This document shows positions 27,196-37,224 of a DNA stretch of 64,000 nt, piece after piece. The notes beneath the pieces were generated by a model. The model did not search any database. It saw only the letters and a list, made by a program, of their open reading frames with translations, and was not told the DNA's origin. Numbering within the stretch: the first letter of the stretch is position 1; each line of letters begins with the position of its first letter. The DNA lies in the IMG/VR virus record IMGVR_UViG_3300035698_017294, positions 1 to 64,000 of that record; one strand, written 5' to 3'. The DNA is from a virus. The translations under genes were made by a program, and so were the position numbers.

Positions 27196-28830
27196 ATGAC
27201 TTATGTGAAACCCGGTGTTGAAATCACCCAGGTTCAGAAAACCGTCTCCCCAAACTTAGGGGCTCCCTCCTTACCTGCGGCCATTATAGGTCCTGGCTAC
27301 TATATAAGCCATATTGTGGAAAACCCAGAATCGGCTTACATGCATGATGGCTTACCAATAGCCGGTGTTGACGGGGAAGAAACAGTAGAGATCGGGTTAG
27401 CCGGGCTCATGAATAGCGGTTTAACTACTATGCCTTCGGGAATAGGTAGCCCAGGTGCGATATATGCTGGTGTTTATGCAACAAGTAGCACCGAATCCAC
27501 TTATGCTCAAACCATGATACCGATGATTTCAGGTGTCACGTGTGAGGGAATGTGGTATAATGCCGGTGCAGAGGTTTTAACTATTTCCGGTATATCGTCT
27601 TCGATAACTTCTGGTTTACTATACTTCGGCTTCAGATCATTGCGCGATGACCAAGCTGGGGATGTTATTGAATATGACAGTGCGGACAAAATTGAATACA
27701 AGTTGGGCGCTATAACGGTTTTCAATCCCCTGGCCAAAGCGATCTACTTAGCTATGCAATCAGCTGGTGCGTCGGTCTATGGATTTGCAATTAGTGGACT
27801 TGATCTATACTCTGGAGCAATTGGTACTGGCACTGGTAAGCTTGAAAACAAAGAAGTTTACACCCTTGTACCACTTACACAGGATGCAACTTATACAGAT
27901 GCGGTTGAATTACATTGTAGTACAATGTCTAGCGCAACTAATAAAAAAGAACGTATCATGGTCTACAGTCACCACACTACATACAATGCAGATGCTGCGG
28001 TTTGGTCTGCTGCTATAAAAAATTACGCAGGCTCAGTAATGAATAAGCGTTCCATCCATGTATGGCCAACTGTGGCATACATACGCGAGCGTCTATTTAG
28101 TGCTCAGTATAAACCGAGTTACATAACAGCAAACATGCTGCCGAATCCGTATACTACTGAAACGGCTATGATAACAACCAACGCTAAGCTGACTGGCAAC
28201 CTTACACTTTCAAGTGGTGCTAAATACTACGAAGGTGATGAAATTACTGAAACGATATGGACTGCTATTTATTTAGAATTCCCATTCTTAACAGTAGATG
28301 TTCCAGTTCCTGGATGGTATGCTGCAGCTATCGTAGCTGGCCAAATTGCCGGACAGAACCCAGAGCAAAGTTTAACAAACTTGCCTATAGCTGGACTAAG
28401 TAAGCTAAGGTATGTTAGTGACACATTCTCTGAGACCCAGCTAAACACTATCGGCGGCGGTGGTAACTACCTAATGTGGCAGGCAACTCCTGCATCTAGG
28501 ATAGTATGTCGTCACCAGTTATCTACCAATGTGATGAGTGTTGAGACCAAGGAACTTAGTATCACAAAGACAATTGACTATGTGGCTAAGTTTGTTCGTA
28601 ACCAACTACTGCCATTCGTAGGCAGATGGAATATCGATACTAATCTGATTAAGATTGTGTCATCTCATATGCGCGCTATTGGCGACTATTTGAAAAATAA
28701 TGGAACAGTTGAAGATTTTGTAGTTGAGAAGGTAGAGCAAGATGCTAGCCAAAAAGATGTTCTGAATCTTACTATCAACGTGAAGCCCTTGTATCCAGCT
28801 AACTACATTAAAGTTACTTTAACTTTCTAA
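27196..28830 (+). CDS. contractile tail sheath protein
   Basis: N-terminal YVKPGVEI and C-terminal V.P.YPANYIKVTL, typical of sheath proteins. Confidence 0.85.
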   Translation: MTYVKPGVEITQVQKTVSPNLGAPSLPAAIIGPGYYISHIVENPESAYMHDGLPIAGVDGEETVEIGLAGLMNSGLTTMPSGIGSPGAIYAGVYATSSTESTYAQTMIPMISGVTCEGMWYNAGAEVLTISGISSSITSGLLYFGFRSLRDDQAGDVIEYDSADKIEYKLGAITVFNPLAKAIYLAMQSAGASVYGFAISGLDLYSGAIGTGTGKLENKEVYTLVPLTQDATYTDAVELHCSTMSSATNKKERIMVYSHHTTYNADAAVWSAAIKNYAGSVMNKRSIHVWPTVAYIRERLFSAQYKPSYITANMLPNPYTTETAMITTNAKLTGNLTLSSGAKYYEGDEITETIWTAIYLEFPFLTVDVPVPGWYAAAIVAGQIAGQNPEQSLTNLPIAGLSKLRYVSDTFSETQLNTIGGGGNYLMWQATPASRIVCRHQLSTNVMSVETKELSITKTIDYVAKFVRNQLLPFVGRWNIDTNLIKIVSSHMRAIGDYLKNNGTVEDFVVEKVEQDASQKDVLNLTINVKPLYPANYIKVTLTF

Positions 28831-28845
28831 ATTAAGGAGTAGGCT

Positions 28846-29487
28846 ATGTCTCAAAACGTAACTGAGTGGACATCCAACTTCACTGCAAAACACGTAGACG
28901 ATAATGTCAATGACGGGGAATTTATTTCCGGTGAGTCTATTGTCATTGCCGCACTGAACCAGGTGACTGGCAGTATCGACCAGGATCAATTCGCCATGAA
29001 CCCTGCTAACTATACGGCTATAGGGCTTTTGGAAACTGGATCAGTTCGACAAGATAAGCAGATTCAGCAGCTATTCGAAATCGGATCTGCACTACCATAT
29101 TTCGTACCGGGCCATACAATGATATCAATGGCGCTAAACCGCGTCATGTTTAACGGGGAATCCCTGTTGAAGGTTATCTATGGTGATAAAGGTGCGGGTA
29201 GTATTGTTCCTAGTCCAGGCCCATCATTCGAGATTGGCACCCGCGATGATCCACGGCAAGCTGATTTCTATATTAACCTTGCGTCAACTTTCTTTAACTC
29301 TCCAACTACTATCGGAATTTTCATGTGTGACAATTCTGGAGACTTTGTCGGTGGGTTTGGTTTGGCAGGATGCTATGTACAAAGCCATGTTATGGCATTT
29401 AGCAGCCGTCAAGTGGTTATCGCGGAGAACGTATCGATAAGAGCTACCAAAATGCTCGGATTCGCAACTGCGGAATCAAGCGAATAG
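28846..29487 (+). CDS. tail tube protein
   Basis: Follows the sheath. QQLFEIGS...Y..PG motif. Confidence 0.75.
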   Translation: MSQNVTEWTSNFTAKHVDDNVNDGEFISGESIVIAALNQVTGSIDQDQFAMNPANYTAIGLLETGSVRQDKQIQQLFEIGSALPYFVPGHTMISMALNRVMFNGESLLKVIYGDKGAGSIVPSPGPSFEIGTRDDPRQADFYINLASTFFNSPTTIGIFMCDNSGDFVGGFGLAGCYVQSHVMAFSSRQVVIAENVSIRATKMLGFATAESSE

Positions 29488-29496
29488 ATTTAGGCT

Positions 29497-29531
29497 AAAA
29501 AAATAAAGGCGGGTTTTATCCCGCCTTTTTT
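29497..29531. terminator. bidirectional terminator at the convergence of the two arms
   Basis: AAAGGCGGG-ttttat-CCCGCCTTT with A- and T-tracts on either side. Confidence 0.85.
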
Positions 29532-29544
29532 GTAACTCAATTAT

Positions 29545-30159
29545 CTAAATATAGCGATCTATCTCAACTTTATTTCCATCAATGTCCCCAGCAAGTATTA
29601 TACCGTGGTGGATATCGTCGATCTCCAATTCAGATGCATGCCGCAACACCTCTGGTCGGGATTCTCCGACGCGCTCTAGCTGCTGCTCCTCGCTAACAAG
29701 GAGCTTGAATTGTAGGAATCCGAACTTCTCTAAAGCATCTGCCTCGTTAATAAATCTACAGTCATCTACCGCATAATTGATCTCAGGATGTAGTACAATT
29801 TCTCGCAGAAGGTATTTATACCAAATGCCATCGTCTAACAACTTTCGACATCCGTCAGTTCCGAAGTACTGATAGCGTTTTCGGTTTTTGCCCTTCTCGG
29901 CAGGAATCTTAAATGTCTCCTTCAAGATATCATTTAGTCTTCCGACACTAAGTCCGGCACCTGCCGCTTTTAGCATGCTTACAATATTTTTCCATGCCTG
30001 GGTATCCTCTGGACAGCATGAGTCACATATTTCTTTGATAGGGCTCGCAAAGCTAATCTTCACGAACCCATACTTCTCTACGAGGTAATCAGCTAGCGTC
30101 GTTTTCCCGCTCGCCAACTTCCCGATTAAACTCACATTCAAGTTTAGCTTTGTCCTCAA
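29545..30159 (-). CDS. deoxynucleoside monophosphate kinase
   Basis: GKLASGKTT, SFASPIK, YQYFGTD, DDCRFINE, HASE. Exact start uncertain. Confidence 0.8.
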   Translation of the reverse strand: MRTKLNLNVSLIGKLASGKTTLADYLVEKYGFVKISFASPIKEICDSCCPEDTQAWKNIVSMLKAAGAGLSVGRLNDILKETFKIPAEKGKNRKRYQYFGTDGCRKLLDDGIWYKYLLREIVLHPEINYAVDDCRFINEADALEKFGFLQFKLLVSEEQQLERVGESRPEVLRHASELEIDDIHHGIILAGDIDGNKVEIDRYI

Positions 30160-30988
30160 GTTTGCTCCAAGTGTATTTAATTAATTCCTTGTCTCTTTTC
30201 TCGCCCTTAGTGCGACCAAGATCATAGATAGGAAAGGTGTGCTGCGTTAGGACTGTTCCATTACGCTTGTTGAAGGTACACACTTCAGAGTCGTCAAAAT
30301 CGAACCGCATTAAACCGCAGGTCTTAATATAGTCTTCTACAGAACGTCCCATAAACGATGCAAATAGTAAACGTACTTGGTTTTTCCCGGTATTGGTTTC
30401 CATGTTCTTTATCCGGCAATAAAGGTTAGCGTACTTTGTTTCATTGTGGCCGGTGTATCCAACCTTGACCTTATGTGGATACGCAGTGGATGTTATGTAA
30501 AACAGATCAAATAGCTGTAAATCTTCTAAGCCCATCAATGTCGATAATATCTTCACCATGCCGTGCCCGTTCCTACTGGCAAACGCCAGCAGTTGTAGCA
30601 GTGCTGGCAGGACGTCAGTTTCGCCATAGTAGCTAAAATCGAATTTAGAAATACCAGGAAATGGGCCATGCACCGAATATCTAGTTTCCTCTAGTAGGTC
30701 ATATATAGCGGATATTTTTTCAGTAGTGTAGTTTCTACCTTTAATGTAGATCTCACTAACTTCACCAACCTCTTTCAGGAACGGCATATTGTTATACTGT
30801 AGCGGCGCACGAGTACCATCATCTGTTACTATTTCAATAATAGTAGAGCCCTTGGCGCCCATAAGTGCTTTTTTAAATGGTGATAAACCATCAACCCATG
30901 ATCCGTCCTTTTCTTCTTCTTTGTCAATGGCTTTATAGGAAGCCACGATGTCTTTTGTTGCTAGTTGCGTTGTCGAATTTTCACTCAC
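30089..30988 (-). CDS. hypothetical protein
   Basis: 299-aa ORF on the coding strand, no recognisable motif. Confidence 0.5.
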   Translation of the reverse strand: MSENSTTQLATKDIVASYKAIDKEEEKDGSWVDGLSPFKKALMGAKGSTIIEIVTDDGTRAPLQYNNMPFLKEVGEVSEIYIKGRNYTTEKISAIYDLLEETRYSVHGPFPGISKFDFSYYGETDVLPALLQLLAFASRNGHGMVKILSTLMGLEDLQLFDLFYITSTAYPHKVKVGYTGHNETKYANLYCRIKNMETNTGKNQVRLLFASFMGRSVEDYIKTCGLMRFDFDDSEVCTFNKRNGTVLTQHTFPIYDLGRTKGEKRDKELIKYTWSKLEDKAKLECEFNREVGERENDAS

Positions 30989-31007
30989 TTCAATTTCCTA
31001 TCAAATG

Positions 31008-33363
31008 TTAATGCTGCCAACATTCCGCGACTTTTGCCTCGGCTTTCATTGGAACACGTGTTAAAAGTCTGTAGGCTGCCTGTATCATCTCATGTTCCAC
31101 CATGGATTTTACTTCAGCTACATCATCCTTGTGCACTTCTAGTAGTATCTCGTCGTGCACTACATTGATCAATTTGGCTTGATAGCCTTTCTCTTTTAGT
31201 CTTAGTCTGATGTTGGTCAATGCAATTTTGGTTATAGTTGCATTTCCACCTTGGAAGGGTAGATTTTTTGCTTGATTGCTCGCGTGGCTTGCTTCTCCGG
31301 AAACGGCCCAGTCTGTTTGCAGCATATAAAGCCGCCGACCGTCAAGGGGGCTGTAAGCATAACCATTTGTTTTTGCATGTTTTACAAGCTTGTCCAACAT
31401 TTCTTTAATCTTCGGAAAGGTGGCCCAGAATCTAGCTAATAGTTTTTTAGCAGCTTGCTTGCTGATATTCAACTTCTTTGCTAGCCTGAATGGGCCCATT
31501 CCGTAGGCAACCGGTTTCCCTATAGTTTCCCATAGGCCCGGACTATCCCTTTATGTACTTGCCCGTTACGGGGCTTCGTTTGCAATGATGCATTTGATGA
31601 CAACGCTTACATAAAACTTCCCAATTAGTTGGGGCGTTATTGTTCCTATCGTGATCTTTATGATGCACTAATAGATTATCTATAGATCCGCACTGGTTAC
31701 ATTTTTTACCATAATGCGCAAATGCTTTTTTCGAGAAACCACCAATTCCGTTTTTATAGGAATGGTTTTTCTCGCCCAGTTGGTTTCCTCCACTACCGGC
31801 TCCTGGTAATTTGAAATCACCTTTTTGGAGTTTGTGCCAGTAAGAATTACACCTTTGGGAGCAAAATTTCTTTTGCTGTCCTGACAGTTCATTGCTACAA
31901 CGAATACATACCCGTCGTCTAGTCTCTACACCTTCCGCTGTCACACGGCTTGGCTCGGGATTGCCACCACCATTACGTGCTGAGGTTTCCCCGAATTTGG
32001 CGAGTTTTGATTCGGCATTATTTTTCACCATACCGAAATTGATGCCTTTGGCTTGTTGTCTTAGATCTGCATATTCCTCTTTAATCTCATGGTTCACAGT
32101 TAATTCGGTGTATTCCATTTCGAATAGCAGGGAGGCAACATAGCTATGAATGTCATAGCCGTTCTCTAATGCGTAAATCCACGAATCCTCGCCAGATAGC
32201 TCGGCAATTATTCGTAGCTCACAGCCAGCGTAATCTGAGGCCATGATAAGCCAATCGCCGAACTGTGCGGTAAACGCAGCTCTGTATACATTGGCTCGTG
32301 GTATGTTTTGCAGGTTTGGATTTCGACTCGAAGAGCGGCCCGTATCTGCTTCAATTTGCTTAAAATCGGAATGTATTCTACCTGTATCGTCGCGAACATG
32401 TTCGTCGTACAAAACCATTCCGTAGGTAGTTATCAGCTTGGACGCTTTGCGCCAGGCCAGTAGGTTTGCTACAACTGGTCTATCGCTGTATATCTCAATT
32501 ACATCATTACCTGTTCCGGCAAGTGGTTTTCCTACAGCTGATTCTAAAATCGGCTTTACCTGCGCAGGTGATCCGTAGTTCAATAAATACGCAAACTCAT
32601 CACCGAAGTCCAGCGCGCCTTGCCCAGTATCGGGCAGGTGCGGCTTTACAGCGTGATCCAATCGTATCTTAGCTAGATCGCGCGCCTTAATGGCAGAATC
32701 TTCAAGCTTCTGCCAGCGCTCCTTATTTAGGAATATTCCATTTAATTCCATGTCACCCATAGCTGAAACTGTGCCACATTCTATGTTTAGCAGTTCTAGC
32801 ATTTTTTTGTCGTTCATGGATTTTGCGTTAGCCAGCTGTTCCCCTATTATTGGTAGCATAACTTCTGCATCATACGCGGAATATTCTAGTTGGGCTTTTG
32901 TAAAAGAATCGCCGTAAGTCATTTCTGCAAAAGAGTTCCGCTCCTCCTTATCCATTGGTTTATATCTTGGCAGGTAGCGTTCAACAAGATGGGCCAAACT
33001 AAACCCCTTCTTACGCTTACCCTTATTAAGCACTTGCTCAATTATGAACGTGTCCATAATATTAACAAGCTCAACTCCGAAGTTTGTTTTTATCATTTTA
33101 TAATCAAACTTCAGATTGTGTCCTACCCATTTAGTCTTTTGATTTCCTAAGAAATCTCCTAGACGGTCGTATTCAAGGGCACTTAGCTGCGCTACATCAA
33201 ATACGTACTGAAATTCATCTGTACCTAGCTGCACCAATAAAACTTGGCACGATAGCGGATCCAGTCCAGTTGTTTCAGTATCAAGACCTAACGCCGGGTA
33301 GTGCGAAAGCACGCCCAACGCCTTGTCTAAATCTTTGCCTGATGTAATTACTTTATAGCTCAT
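31008..33363 (-). CDS. polA: family A DNA polymerase (3'-5' exo + pol), exons 33363-32032 and 31511-31008
   Basis: ExoI LDTETTG, TGRSSSRNPNLQNIP, motif A DYAGCELR. Motif B is rejoined across the intron as RQQAKGINFG|VAYGMG. Motif C VVHDEI. Confidence 0.92.
31512..32031 (-). mobile_element. group I self-splicing intron (520 nt) with HNH endonuclease
   Basis: P1 TTCGGT^AT pairs with ATGCCGAA (U-G at the splice site). P AAATTCGGGGAA, Q AATCCCGAGC, R GTAGAGACTA, S AAGGGATAGTCC, P9 CCTATGG-GAAA-CTATAGG, terminal G. Confidence 0.92.
31543..32031 (-). CDS. intron-encoded HNH endonuclease, in frame with polA exon 1
   Basis: CIRC...FCSQRC zinc finger and CNQC...VHHKDHDRNNN...LCKRCH. Confidence 0.8.
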   Translation of the reverse strand: MVKNNAESKLAKFGETSARNGGGNPEPSRVTAEGVETRRRVCIRCSNELSGQQKKFCSQRCNSYWHKLQKGDFKLPGAGSGGNQLGEKNHSYKNGIGGFSKKAFAHYGKKCNQCGSIDNLLVHHKDHDRNNNAPTNWEVLCKRCHQMHHCKRSPVTGKYIKG

Positions 33364-34174
33364 CGACGTAGTATCTGAGTTTGTTGGTAGCGTCCTTGGA
33401 CAGTTCTTCCAATACTGCTTTCTTGATTTGTCTCACACGTTCGCGCGTGATGCCAAATAAGTTTCCAATCTCTTCAAGAGTAAGAGGATGTATATCTGCT
33501 ATTCCGTAATACAATCTTAAAATATCTTTTTCGCGTGGTCCGAGGTTTCGTATCACGACCTCGATATGTTTTAACTTTTCATCCTGATGTAAAAAGTAAT
33601 CCGGTTCTGGGTCATCTGCTTGGATGGTATCTTTTATTTCTATACCTTCAGCATTAGTGTCATATAAACTTACTGGGGTAAGGCTACCATGCAGCATTTC
33701 GAAGGTATCGACTTTACTGCCAAGTGCGTCTTGAATCTCAATAAGGGTTGGCATGCGTCCAAGTTTTTTTGCTAGGGTATCTAGCTGTCCCTTATATCTA
33801 CTAATATCAATATTCTTGTTAGCGGGCAGTCGTATCAGCCGACCTTGGTCAGCTATGTATTTTAAAATCGCTTGCCGGATCCACCATGTAGCATAAGTGA
33901 TAAGCCTGAACCCGCGTTCTGGGTCGAATCTCTCGACTGCGGTTATAAGGCCCTCGTTACCTGATTGTATTAGATCGTCGAGCGATAGCTTGTCGTTTTC
34001 ATATTTCTTTGCGATGGTTATGACATATCGCAGATTACAAACTATAAGCCTATCCCTGGCTTCCATGTCGTCTCTATTTCTGAAGTATCGAAACGATAGC
34101 TCTTTTTCTTCCTGTGGCTTTAGAAGGGGATAACATGATATCTGTCGCAGATATATTTTGATGTTATTATCCAT
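33353..34174 (-). CDS. RpoD/SigA-like sigma70 factor
   Basis: NLRYVITIAKKY, DLIQSGNEGL..AVERFDPERGFR..TYATWWIRQAI, region 4 TLEEIG..FGITRERVRQI. Confidence 0.92.
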   Translation of the reverse strand: MDNNIKIYLRQISCYPLLKPQEEKELSFRYFRNRDDMEARDRLIVCNLRYVITIAKKYENDKLSLDDLIQSGNEGLITAVERFDPERGFRLITYATWWIRQAILKYIADQGRLIRLPANKNIDISRYKGQLDTLAKKLGRMPTLIEIQDALGSKVDTFEMLHGSLTPVSLYDTNAEGIEIKDTIQADDPEPDYFLHQDEKLKHIEVVIRNLGPREKDILRLYYGIADIHPLTLEEIGNLFGITRERVRQIKKAVLEELSKDATNKLRYYVDEL

Positions 34175-34679
34175 TAATGCTTCCCATTAGTAATGAGTTG
34201 AAAGATACTGGGGCTTCGCCCCACAGCGAGCAGTCTATATTTACTACAGACTTGTCCAGTAGATATGAGTAGTGAGCACCCCTCATATGCTGTCCAGGGC
34301 GTTTGCGACTCCATTCAGCAGATGCGTCACTCACTATTTCTGGTATCTTAGATGAAGTTAGGTTCTTAGCTAAAGTGCTTACGACAAACACGGCATTCCT
34401 CTTTGGGTTATTTCGCAAAGTGAATGTTCCATCACTGTATAGAAATAGGTTTTTGAACTTAACCCCTTTATTGCCTTCGACATTGTACTCGGAACCTGTT
34501 ACGAATACAATTAGGCCGTTTAGCGCTAGCTGATAATAATCAGCTTTGCCGTCAGAAAAATTTCCGACGTGTATTACCATATCTTCGGCACGGACGGTTT
34601 TATTCCAGTTGTTTATACGTAGTGCATTCTGTTCCGGGGTATCCCCAGAGAAGCCTACATTGCCGATAAGGTATAGCAT
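34167..34679 (-). CDS. degenerate calcineurin-like phosphoesterase
   Basis: INNWNKTV..EDMVIHVGNFS...LNGLIVFVTG resembles 62915..63454 but with metal ligands substituted. Confidence 0.45.
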   Translation of the reverse strand: MLYLIGNVGFSGDTPEQNALRINNWNKTVRAEDMVIHVGNFSDGKADYYQLALNGLIVFVTGSEYNVEGNKGVKFKNLFLYSDGTFTLRNNPKRNAVFVVSTLAKNLTSSKIPEIVSDASAEWSRKRPGQHMRGAHYSYLLDKSVVNIDCSLWGEAPVSFNSLLMGSING

Positions 34680-34681
34680 GG

Positions 34682-34972
34682 TTAGTTTATTTCCTTGTCG
34701 TCTTCGGTGAAGTCAGGTAGATCGGTATCCAACTCATCTCCAAATTTATCTATGAATGATTCACTGAGCGTAAATAGCGCAGTTCGTAAGACGCTTAAGG
34801 TGTTTTCCATGCCCTTTTTCTCTGGCAGTTTATCACCATTTTCATCTTGTACTACGCCGGTTTCTATAATAAGAGACTTGTCCGCAGATAGATAGATTTG
34901 CAATATAAGTGCATCGTCATCAGTGATATTGTACTCTTCAGTAAAATCCGCAGTATATTCTTTTTTTGGCAT
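34682..34972 (-). CDS. acidic hypothetical protein
   Basis: ORF track, coding strand. Confidence 0.5.
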   Translation of the reverse strand: MPKKEYTADFTEEYNITDDDALILQIYLSADKSLIIETGVVQDENGDKLPEKKGMENTLSVLRTALFTLSESFIDKFGDELDTDLPDFTEDDKEIN

Positions 34973-34980
34973 TCAATTTC

Positions 34981-35685
34981 CTAGTGTTTTATAAATACTA
35001 CATCCTTCGGCGTTACTTTATCAAAGCATAGCCGACATGTTTCGCATGCCCCTTTGAGATCCATTTTTCCGGATGTTGCCGGACAAGCAAATGAATTCTT
35101 TGGTAGTTCTTTAGTTTTAGCCCATGGGCCAAACGCTAGTTTAATCTTATACTTTTTCGCGAATTTCTTTGCCGCTTTTGCGTTATAGTCATCACTAGAA
35201 GCTAGCAGATAAAAGTTCTTTAGCTTCACTATCTTTTTGAAGTCTAAATCAAATGACCTCGTATAGGCCCAGAACACCGTGCCTGGCTTTGACTTTATAA
35301 CTTTGGTCCATGCATCTATTGCAAACTGGCTGTGGAAATCGCCAGATTCGTGTATTCGAAAAATATCGGCAGTTCGTGGTATCATTTTCTTAAGTGCATT
35401 AGCACATAATATAATACCGTTTGGATCGGATTCCAAGTGTTTTATTAGTGCCCAATTTTGGGCAAATGCTGATTGAACAGCAACAAAAATATGTCTGCCT
35501 TTCATTGCGTAGCACCCTTTACACGCCTCGGTTTCGCCCGGACATGAATACTCTTTGGATGCTGGTAAAGAAAATGCTCTTTTTGACTTCGTTGAGATCT
35601 TAGCTGGGGAAGATGCTTTAAACCCCTCCGGTATTATCGTATTTAATACGACACCTTCCATCTTTTGTGTATATGTGTTGATCAT
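34981..35685 (-). CDS. GP88-like (radical-SAM-related) phage protein
   Basis: FSLPA...SCPG...ACKGCYA, FRIHESGDF, FWAYTRS, C-terminal CPA...C..CRLC. Confidence 0.7.
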   Translation of the reverse strand: MINTYTQKMEGVVLNTIIPEGFKASSPAKISTKSKRAFSLPASKEYSCPGETEACKGCYAMKGRHIFVAVQSAFAQNWALIKHLESDPNGIILCANALKKMIPRTADIFRIHESGDFHSQFAIDAWTKVIKSKPGTVFWAYTRSFDLDFKKIVKLKNFYLLASSDDYNAKAAKKFAKKYKIKLAFGPWAKTKELPKNSFACPATSGKMDLKGACETCRLCFDKVTPKDVVFIKH

Positions 35686-35712
35686 TAGTTTCCTGTGTAG
35701 TTTAAGTATTGA

Positions 35713-36102
35713 TTACTTAAAACTTACACTAGGACTGATACTTATTTTATTTATATTTTTAGTGTATATGTCGTTAAAATCACCAGTATACGTGTCACAA
35801 GTGGGCGGACTATCAAGTAGTAATGTAAAACTTTCGTCGTCATTTTCCACAACAGTACAATCGAAAAGTACCTCTATATTGGAAGTAGGTAGTTTGAATT
35901 TGACAAATAGTTCGGTATCCTCGTCACGCCAAGAAGATTCTTCAATACGTATATTTTCAAGAACTAAGGCTTTTTCAATATATTTAATTATTGAGGATCT
36001 TAATAATGGTATAGCTTGCTCCGAAACGGAGTCTAATACCAGGCCATACGGAATTTTTCCCACTGGGCACTGGTCCGCATAATCTCCATATTCGTTAGAC
36101 AT
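35713..36102 (-). CDS. hypothetical protein
   Basis: ORF track, coupled to neighbours. Confidence 0.45.
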   Translation of the reverse strand: MSNEYGDYADQCPVGKIPYGLVLDSVSEQAIPLLRSSIIKYIEKALVLENIRIEESSWRDEDTELFVKFKLPTSNIEVLFDCTVVENDDESFTLLLDSPPTCDTYTGDFNDIYTKNINKISISPSVSFK

Positions 36103-36436
36103 CTTTAGGTGCCCCCTGCGCTTCCATTATATTAGAGGGTATTGTACATATTTTACATATCTCCAACTTATTGCCTGGAATATGCGCTACCAGTCCTCCC
36201 CTAGCCTGTAGGTCCCTAATGCCATATACAACAGGATGAAATCTTATGTCCGTTAAATGGACACCTTCAAGTAAATCATTAAAAACGTTTACGGCTATAT
36301 TATGCCTTAACCGTTTAAGTTCCTGTTTGTACGGTTCTGGAAGAGTGGCCTCTAAGCGTTGAGTAGCGTCAATACATGTAACACCAATTTTTTTATCATT
36401 GGCAACATCATATCTTGTGCTTTTTGTACAACTCAT
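36095..36436 (-). CDS. hypothetical protein
   Basis: ORF track, AGGAG RBS. Confidence 0.45.
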   Translation of the reverse strand: MSCTKSTRYDVANDKKIGVTCIDATQRLEATLPEPYKQELKRLRHNIAVNVFNDLLEGVHLTDIRFHPVVYGIRDLQARGGLVAHIPGNKLEICKICTIPSNIMEAQGAPKDV

Positions 36437-36629
36437 TACTCCTACAATCTAGTACAGCAGTACCATCGTTTCTCATTAGGCAGAAATCCCAATTGTTCTT
36501 TTGTAGCACGCCTTTGCTGTATTTTGCCTGGAATGCGGTTTTACTGGTTTGTGACACAATAGAATACTGGACACCCAGATTACACGATGTCGCCGCCAGC
36601 TTAAAAAGAAACTCGATTACATCTTTCAT
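36408..36629 (-). CDS. hypothetical protein
   Basis: ATGA overlap with the upstream gene. Confidence 0.45.
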   Translation of the reverse strand: MKDVIEFLFKLAATSCNLGVQYSIVSQTSKTAFQAKYSKGVLQKNNWDFCLMRNDGTAVLDCRSNELYKKHKI

Positions 36630-37207
36630 TTCTTAGCCCTCATGAACAGGTAGTAGTATCGTAAACTAACGCCGTCCATAAGTCGGCAGCAGAATATCCA
36701 GCTGCCTTCCTGTAGCTCTTCTACTAGCTCTTCAACGGTCTGTGTGAGACATTCAGATGCCCTATACTCTACGCCATTGACAAAGAAGTCAATGACCTCC
36801 CCGGTGCGTGCTTCGATCAATGTCTCAATCTGCTTACGCAGTTCTCTGGGCTTAATCTCATGTTCAGCTGCAATCTTACGAATTAGGCGCTGCGACTTGC
36901 CCTCATTCATAGACTCTTTTGGCTCTTCTATTAACTCCCCAGTTCCTTCCCCCACTGCGGCACAGTCGTGATCTTTACTCTTTTCTGCCTTAGCCGATTT
37001 AGCCTTTGGCTTACGTTTTGCCTTTTCAGGCTTTGCTGCAGTATCGGCTTTCGTCTTCTTATTCGCAGTGGCTTTCTTAGGTGCCACGCCAGTATTCTGC
37101 TTAGGCTGTCCAGATTCATCGCTTGCCTCCCTTCTTGCTTTAACTTCCTCTAGCGATAGCCCTAAAGCTATTTCTTCCTTCGTTCTTCTTATGCGTGATG
37201 CCATCAA
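36626..37207 (-). CDS. Lys/Ala-rich hypothetical protein (possible DNA-binding)
   Basis: RIRRTKEEI N-terminus and a histone-like KKA/KAK tract. Confidence 0.5.
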   Translation of the reverse strand: MMASRIRRTKEEIALGLSLEEVKARREASDESGQPKQNTGVAPKKATANKKTKADTAAKPEKAKRKPKAKSAKAEKSKDHDCAAVGEGTGELIEEPKESMNEGKSQRLIRKIAAEHEIKPRELRKQIETLIEARTGEVIDFFVNGVEYRASECLTQTVEELVEELQEGSWIFCCRLMDGVSLRYYYLFMRAKK

Positions 37208-37224
37208 CGTCCTTTCGTATATGT

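Noticed and set aside
417-29440. Numerous - strand ORFs in the structural arm (and + strand ORFs beyond 29.5 kb)
   Set aside because: They are antisense shadows of tightly packed genes, with no motifs or RBS support.
31008-33363. polA as a pseudogene or as two separate genes
   Set aside because: Group I intron elements are present, and precise removal of 31512-32031 restores motif B in frame.
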